Assembly (NCBI GenBank): GCA_964493715.1
Contig: CAZBPC010000096.1
Location: forward strand, 1-12,048
Source: an uncultured archaeon
Lineage (GTDB): Archaea > Asgardarchaeota > Lokiarchaeia > Sigyniarchaeales > SOKP01
Direction: 5' to 3'
Length of the DNA stretch: 12,048 nt
Below, one piece after another: positions 6,734-12,048 of the stretch; the first letter of the stretch is position 1, and each line of letters opens with the position of its first letter. The translations under genes and the position numbers were made by a program. The notes beneath the pieces are model-generated. The model searched no databases. It saw nothing but the letters and a program-made list of their open reading frames with translations, and was not told where the DNA came from.

Positions 6734-8032
6734 ATGAGTAATCAAGAGATCTTGGATAAGGTTTTACAAGAAAATGAAGGAAAAATAGGAATAATCTGCG
6801 TTAATTGTCTTATTGTTAGAACTCGGTTTAAAGAATTAGTAGAATTTGTTAATAAAAATGAAATAAGTGTTCCTTCTGATCAAGAATTATCAAAATTGGA
6901 TTACCTTGATTATATTACAATTCATTATTATAAGAAGATGAAAAATGATCCTGAGCTTCAAGCAAATTATTCTAATTGTTTATCCTTGATTGCTGATGAA
7001 TTGTTCAATGATGAAAATATTGGGAAATATCTATCGCGTTTTGATTTTATTGCATTCCATGAATTAATTGAAGTTTTTGCGGATTATTGCGCAGATATGG
7101 GAATTTCTGTATATGACACATCATTTAACAAAGACGATAAGTACAATACAGACTTATATCTTATTAAAAAAAAACCACTGATAAAAACTGAAGCCGTCTT
7201 TATACGTACAGGGGCTCAAATGACAAAAGAACAGTATAAAAATACTTTCTATTTATTAAATGAAGCTTCCAAGATTGCTGCATGGACAGTATTTGTTACA
7301 ACTCCAATAGGCGTTTATAATATCGGCCTTGAAAGGCTTATATCGGATATGGAAAAATTAAATGTATGGTTTTACGTTATTGATCCGATTCATCAAAGAG
7401 TATTAGGAATTACAAAGGGGAAGAAATCAAAAAATCATGAAACTGATTTGCGAGATGAATATATCAAAAAGATTCCGAAAGAACCGATTCGAGCACCATC
7501 ACGATTAGTTAAGATATCAGATTATGAATTTAGTGAATCTGATTCATATAACTCAAAAAAATTTACATTTTATGAATTATTACCTAAGGAATTAGCTATT
7601 GAAAAAGAGAAATCTTTAATGAGAAAACCTAGATATAAAGAGATTTTCAGGGCTCTTTTAGTAATCGACAAAATTTCGGGTTTGCCATTGATCACCCATT
7701 CCAGAGAAAATTTAGTATTAGATAAAGATTTGGTTTCTGGATTTCTTAGTGCAATGGATTCTTTTATATCTGAACTAAGTGGGGCTGGGAGAATGTCTGA
7801 AATTAATTATCAAGGATTTTATATTACTGGAGAAACTGGAAATTTTGTAAAAGTTGCTTTAATTCTAACTAAACCAGCAAGTAAAAGTTTAAGAGAAAGA
7901 CTTGTTTATTTTCTTAAAGATTTTGAAGAACGTTATGTTCAAGAAATAAAAAGCTTTGTTGAAAATGGAAACACTCGACTATTTGATAAGAGGATAATTA
8001 TTCCGGATATTAAGGATATTTTAGATGTATGA
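6734..8032 (+). CDS. Hypothetical protein with a degenerate Mrr-like PD-(D/E)xK domain and a C-terminal Asgard-type longin-like domain
   Basis: Long ORF. aa ~303-432 carry the pattern LLVIDKISGLPL...DLVSGFLSAMDSFISEL...FLKDFEERY...GNTRLF, which I recognise from Asgard longin-like domains. aa ~104-220 resemble the Mrr_cat layout. The CDS is secure; the domain calls are by eye. Confidence 0.75.
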   Translation: MSNQEILDKVLQENEGKIGIICVNCLIVRTRFKELVEFVNKNEISVPSDQELSKLDYLDYITIHYYKKMKNDPELQANYSNCLSLIADELFNDENIGKYLSRFDFIAFHELIEVFADYCADMGISVYDTSFNKDDKYNTDLYLIKKKPLIKTEAVFIRTGAQMTKEQYKNTFYLLNEASKIAAWTVFVTTPIGVYNIGLERLISDMEKLNVWFYVIDPIHQRVLGITKGKKSKNHETDLRDEYIKKIPKEPIRAPSRLVKISDYEFSESDSYNSKKFTFYELLPKELAIEKEKSLMRKPRYKEIFRALLVIDKISGLPLITHSRENLVLDKDLVSGFLSAMDSFISELSGAGRMSEINYQGFYITGETGNFVKVALILTKPASKSLRERLVYFLKDFEERYVQEIKSFVENGNTRLFDKRIIIPDIKDILDV

Positions 8033-8156
8033 TTTATAATCATTCTAATATTTTAATCAGTCTAGAAAAGAATAACACTTGAGATTTTATATTTTTTGAA
8101 AGAATTCTTATGCTTAATAATACACATGTTAATATGAGAAATTTCACACTATTTTA

Positions 8157-8528
8157 ATGATTATGAGTTCCAATAGCATGATTTTAGTATTTGTTTATAA
8201 CGCTGATTCAGGTGCTATAAATTTAGTAAGAGATTTCTGGAGAAAAATGCTGAAACCTAGTTCTTATGAATGTAATCTATGCATGCAAACCTTCGGAACT
8301 TTTGGCGTGAAGAGAGACTGGAAGAGATTTATAAATTCAATAAAAATTGATACAGAGTTTCTACATAAAGATAAATTTGAGGAAAAGTATGATATCCTTG
8401 ATGCAAAATTTCCCTCTGCTTATTTAAATGAGAATGGAAAACTAACACTAATAATTTCATCAGATGAGATGAATTCAGCTAAATCATTAGATGAAATGGA
8501 AGCTTTAGTATTAAGTAAGATCAAGTAA
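8157..8528 (+). CDS. Conserved hypothetical protein with CxxC (YNADSG...YECNLC family)
   Basis: LVFVYNADSG, PSSYECNLC, WKRF and FLHKDKF motifs match a widespread uncharacterised family. The start could be 8157, 8163 or 8178. Confidence 0.85.
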   Translation: MIMSSNSMILVFVYNADSGAINLVRDFWRKMLKPSSYECNLCMQTFGTFGVKRDWKRFINSIKIDTEFLHKDKFEEKYDILDAKFPSAYLNENGKLTLIISSDEMNSAKSLDEMEALVLSKIK

Positions 8529-8581
8529 AGAATTATTCATAAAAATTAAGAGATACCAAGTCTTTAATATATTATTTCTTT

Positions 8582-9313
8582 CTACAAACTTATTATATAA
8601 TCTCTTGATATTCTATCTGCTAAATATAATGGATCCGGTTGTTTATGTTCTTTACTAAGATATAACGCAATTTTGAGAGCTAGCTCTATCTCTATCCGAT
8701 ATCCGATACTAATAAAGACGGGTTTTTGATTATCAGCAAGACAAATTGCATATCCTAGCAGATTCCCATCATCTAGTATTGGTGCTTTTTCTCCTTTACG
8801 CTTTTTTAAGGATTTCCAGTTAGATTTTCCGATAAAAGGATTCTTAGCGATACCAATAGAAGGGATGTTTAGAGCATATCCAATATGGGTTGCTTCCCCA
8901 AATCTTCTTGGATGATTAATCCCATGACCATCACAGACAATTATATCTGGTTTAATTTTGATCTTTTGCATTGTTTTAATCATCAAGGGAACTTCCCTAA
9001 AACCCAAATACCCCGGAGAGTAGGGAATCTCCATTTTGCCATGCAATAATGAATATTGAGCAATCTTATTCAACTTGAAATCCCACAATACAGCACAAGC
9101 TACCCCATGTTCTACATTTTCTCTATAAAAGTATGAAATATCGATTGCGGTAATATAGTTAATTGAATCCCAAGAGGGTAAATCCTTACTATTTAACTTA
9201 AAAGATTTAATAATTTTACTATACTTATCTTGTATTTTCTTGGCTTCTTTTGTATTTCTTACTTGCTTTAACAATTCAATATTTAAGGAATTTTTATCTC
9301 TCATGCTTATCAT
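8582..9313 (-). CDS. nfi: Endonuclease V (inosine-specific nuclease)
   Basis: Catalytic motifs AIDISY, PYSPGYLGFRE, VCDGHGINHPRRFG, IGIAKN, PVFISIG and PDPLYLAD. The start may be 9304. Confidence 0.95.
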   Translation of the reverse strand: MISMRDKNSLNIELLKQVRNTKEAKKIQDKYSKIIKSFKLNSKDLPSWDSINYITAIDISYFYRENVEHGVACAVLWDFKLNKIAQYSLLHGKMEIPYSPGYLGFREVPLMIKTMQKIKIKPDIIVCDGHGINHPRRFGEATHIGYALNIPSIGIAKNPFIGKSNWKSLKKRKGEKAPILDDGNLLGYAICLADNQKPVFISIGYRIEIELALKIALYLSKEHKQPDPLYLADRISRDYIISL

Positions 9314-9423
9314 AGCTTAGGTCTTCATTTTATTGGACGAAAATGATGGAAATGATGCATTAAGCAAATATATATAAGAATATTGATTAATTCTTAATTA
9401 ATTTAAAAAAAAAGGTATTATTA

Positions 9424-9615
9424 ATGTTTCCAAAATCAATAATTGAAAAGCTAATAAACACGGACATATACATTTACATTCGAAATATTGAACGTGAGTT
9501 TGGTGGGGTCCTTGAGGCAATAACCAGTGATGATATACTTTTATTAAAAGATAAATATAACAATATTATCCACATTCCACTAGACTTAATAGATATAGTC
9601 ACAGAGAGACGATAA
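9424..9615 (+). CDS. Small Sm/LSm-like fold protein (divergent)
   Basis: N-terminal helix followed by beta-strand pattern IYIYIR...FGGVLEAI...ILLLKD...IIHIPLDLIDIV, which fits an Sm-like barrel. TATA-like run at ~9369-9377. Confidence 0.65.
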   Translation: MFPKSIIEKLINTDIYIYIRNIEREFGGVLEAITSDDILLLKDKYNNIIHIPLDLIDIVTERR

Positions 9616-9620
9616 AATTT

Positions 9621-11720
9621 TTAATTCCTTAGAGGATTTAAATATTCAAACATTTTATCGATTTCATTAGTTGGGGGTTTACAGGTCTTATTAATGCATA
9701 TATAAGCTGTGGCTTTATCCAAATATTTATAAAAAAATATGATGTAATCGACAATTTCATCTATAGGGGGATTCTCTTGTTCAGTCGCCCTGTATATTAA
9801 AGTTTTATTAGGCAAAAATTGCTTTCTAATTGATTCAAGTAACTTTAAAGTATCTTCCTTTCCAGTATCCCCTGATATTACTAAAGAATATGTGGGACCA
9901 ATAGCAAAATCGACTGCTAACATTAAAAATGTATGTGCAGAAGGATTATTTCTTACGCTCTCTGCAAAAACACGGCTAATAATATCTGCCTTTCTTTCAT
10001 ATTCTTGATCACCAGTTATTTGAGAAAGTCTTAATAAATTGAGCATTGAGACTGAATTTCCGGATGGAATAGCCCCGTCGTAAATTTCTTTTTGACGAGT
10101 TATTAGATCTTCGCCTTGCTTCGCTGTAAAATAAAACCCCCCAATATTATCATCCCAAAATTGATCGATTTGAATATTAATGACTTTAATAGCTTCTTTA
10201 AGATAGTTTGTATTGAAAGTGCTCTCATATAATTCCAATAAAGCCCAAACTAAAAAAGAATAGTCATCTAGATACGCTTCAATCTCGGCTGAATTTTCTC
10301 GAAATCTGTGTAATAAAAACCCTTTTTTATCCTTTAGATTTTCAAGAATGAATTTCATGGCTTTCTCAGCTATATCAATATATTTTTTTTCATTAAATAC
10401 ATATCCTCCTTTCGCCAATGCTGCGATCATTAATCCATTCCAATCTGTTAATATTTTATCATCTAAATGTGGTCTTATCCTCTTTTCTCGTGATTGGAAT
10501 ACTTTAATTCTAACATTATCAATTTTTTTTTTAAAATCTTCTATTGATAAATTATTCTTCTCCGCTAAAGAGTTCAGGTTTTCTGTGAGATGGGTAATAT
10601 TTTTTCCCGTATGCTTTCTCGTGGATTCTTCTAAATAATTTCCAGTTTCTTTAATATTATAAATTGAAGTAAATAGCACCATTTCTTCACGATTTAGTAT
10701 TGAATCTAAATCCTTCATTTGCCACGTGTAAAATTTCCCTTCTTCACCCTCACTATCAGCATCTTCAGCAGAATAGAAAGCACCTTCAGGGGATATCATA
10801 TCTCTCAAGACATATTTAAAAATTTCCTCTGCAGTTTCCTTATATTGAGATTTTCTAGTTGCTTGAAATGCCTCAATGTAAGCAAAAGCTAGAAGTGCAT
10901 TATCATACAGCATTTTTTCGAAGTGTGGTACTAACCATTGTCGGTCTGTTGAATATCTATGAAACCCATAACCTATATGATCATAAATACCTCCTTTTCT
11001 CATTTCGGAGAGTGTTGTTTCAACCATTCTCAGTGCTTCTGAATTATTCTCACGTTTATATATCCGAAGTAAAAAGAGTAAATTATGGGGCGTTGGAAAT
11101 TTAGGAGAAGACCCAAATCCACCGTATTCCTTATCAAATCGGGTTTTTAGTTGTACGTACGCTTTTTCTATGTCTTTTTCATTTAGGCTATTTCCGGGAG
11201 ATTCAAGGGTAATGTCTTGAAGAGCATTAATAATTCTCTCACTTGAATCTATTAAGTCTTTTCTTTGATTATTCCAGAGATCTTTCACTTTCAATATTAA
11301 CTCTTTTAATCCTATCCTACCAAATCGAGTTTCCTTAGGAAAGTAGGTGCCTGCAAAGAAGGGTTTCTTATCATGTGTTATTAAAATCGTGAGTGGCCAT
11401 CCACCAGAATTATTCATTATCTGGCATACCGTCATGTAAATTTTATCGATGTCTGGTCTCTCTTCTCTGTCTACTTTTATTGAAACAAAGATATCGTTCA
11501 TCAGGTTTGCTACTTCTAAATCCTCAAAAGATTCATGAGCCATTACATGACACCAGTGGCATGTAGAATAGCCAATTGAAAGAAATATCGGTTTGTCTTC
11601 TTCTTTTGCCTTTTTAAATGCCTCTTCTCCCCAAGGATACCAATCTACAGGATTTTTAGCGTGTTGTAACAAATAGGGACTTTTCTGGTTTATTAACTTA
11701 TTATATTTTATTTCTGTCAT
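9621..11720 (-). CDS. Thioredoxin domain-containing protein, YyaL/SSP411 (SPATA20-like) family
   Basis: [70 protein letters not shown] and DGAIPSGNS motifs. Confidence 0.96.
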   Translation of the reverse strand: MTEIKYNKLINQKSPYLLQHAKNPVDWYPWGEEAFKKAKEEDKPIFLSIGYSTCHWCHVMAHESFEDLEVANLMNDIFVSIKVDREERPDIDKIYMTVCQIMNNSGGWPLTILITHDKKPFFAGTYFPKETRFGRIGLKELILKVKDLWNNQRKDLIDSSERIINALQDITLESPGNSLNEKDIEKAYVQLKTRFDKEYGGFGSSPKFPTPHNLLFLLRIYKRENNSEALRMVETTLSEMRKGGIYDHIGYGFHRYSTDRQWLVPHFEKMLYDNALLAFAYIEAFQATRKSQYKETAEEIFKYVLRDMISPEGAFYSAEDADSEGEEGKFYTWQMKDLDSILNREEMVLFTSIYNIKETGNYLEESTRKHTGKNITHLTENLNSLAEKNNLSIEDFKKKIDNVRIKVFQSREKRIRPHLDDKILTDWNGLMIAALAKGGYVFNEKKYIDIAEKAMKFILENLKDKKGFLLHRFRENSAEIEAYLDDYSFLVWALLELYESTFNTNYLKEAIKVINIQIDQFWDDNIGGFYFTAKQGEDLITRQKEIYDGAIPSGNSVSMLNLLRLSQITGDQEYERKADIISRVFAESVRNNPSAHTFLMLAVDFAIGPTYSLVISGDTGKEDTLKLLESIRKQFLPNKTLIYRATEQENPPIDEIVDYIIFFYKYLDKATAYICINKTCKPPTNEIDKMFEYLNPLRN

Positions 11721-11910
11721 ATTATTTAATCTGTTTTTACCGCTCTAAATAATAGATATGTTGAAATTATATCAAAATAATGCTTATAATTCATGAGACA
11801 AAATAGCTTAGAACATAGCAATCAAAAGATAAAAAATAAGAATCATAATATTCTATATATTATAATTTTGAAATTCTAATTTAAAATAAAAAGTATTGTG
11901 GTTCATTAAA

Positions 11911-12048
11911 TTGAAGGTTGTATTATTTAATGGGAGTCCTCGAAAACAAGGGAATACATATCATTGCTTAAATACGGTAATGAAAGAATTAATATCTGAA
12001 GGAATTGATTGTGATTATGTTTGGATCGGCATGGATAAATTACAAGGA
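11911..12048 (+). CDS. Flavodoxin-like/iron-sulfur flavoprotein (NAD(P)H-dependent FMN reductase family), N-terminal part, truncated by the window edge
   Basis: Absent from the ORF track. Hand translation from TTG gives MKVVLFNGSPRKQGNTYHCLNTVMKELISEGIDCDYVWIGMDKLQG, with the FMN-binding GSPRxxGNT motif. Confidence 0.9.
   Translation, partial: MKVVLFNGSPRKQGNTYHCLNTVMKELISEGIDCDYVWIGMDKLQG

Noticed and set aside
8030-8056. TGA readthrough at the end of the 432-aa ORF
   Set aside because: The domain looks complete, and a TAA follows after seven codons.
8157-8528. GTPase label sometimes attached to this family, tempting next to a longin-like protein
   Set aside because: No P-loop (GxxxxGK[ST]) or other G motifs are present.
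158-11104. Alternative-frame or antisense ORFs in the track (158-406, 1416-1661, 2138-2401, 2459-2713, 3298-3537, 3866-4240, 3903-4184, 4305-4574, 4421-4621, 4618-4830, 10348-10638, 10859-11104)
   Set aside because: They overlap well-supported genes or the hdr promoter, have no recognisable motifs and show shadow-like composition.
1-12048. CRISPR array, tRNA/rRNA, IS element or integrase
   Set aside because: No spaced direct repeats, cloverleaf or GC-rich RNA islands, transposase motifs or terminal inverted repeats were seen.

Overview
AT-rich archaeal DNA, most likely Asgard (Lokiarchaeia/Promethearchaeota). This assignment is inferred from an Asgard-type longin domain, TATA-type promoters, GGAGG SD sites at internal operon genes and composition. 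The core is a complete hdrC-hdrB-hdrA heterodisulfide reductase operon (Cys-type HdrA, no adjacent mvhD) with a perfect 14-bp palindrome upstream. Left of it: a TPR protein and two small helical proteins arranged divergently around a symmetric region with a repeated TATA-GGTGGTTAA motif and two 23-codon sORFs, one Trp-rich. Right of it: a translationally coupled HAD phosphatase/CDP-alcohol phosphatidyltransferase pair, a 432-aa fusion of a degenerate Mrr-like PD-(D/E)xK fold with a C-terminal longin-like domain, a CxxC hypothetical, endonuclease V, a divergent Sm-like protein, a YyaL/SPATA20-like thioredoxin-domain protein and the start of an Isf/flavodoxin-family gene. I saw no RNA genes, CRISPR arrays or mobile elements. 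All calls come from motif recognition by eye; no searches were run.
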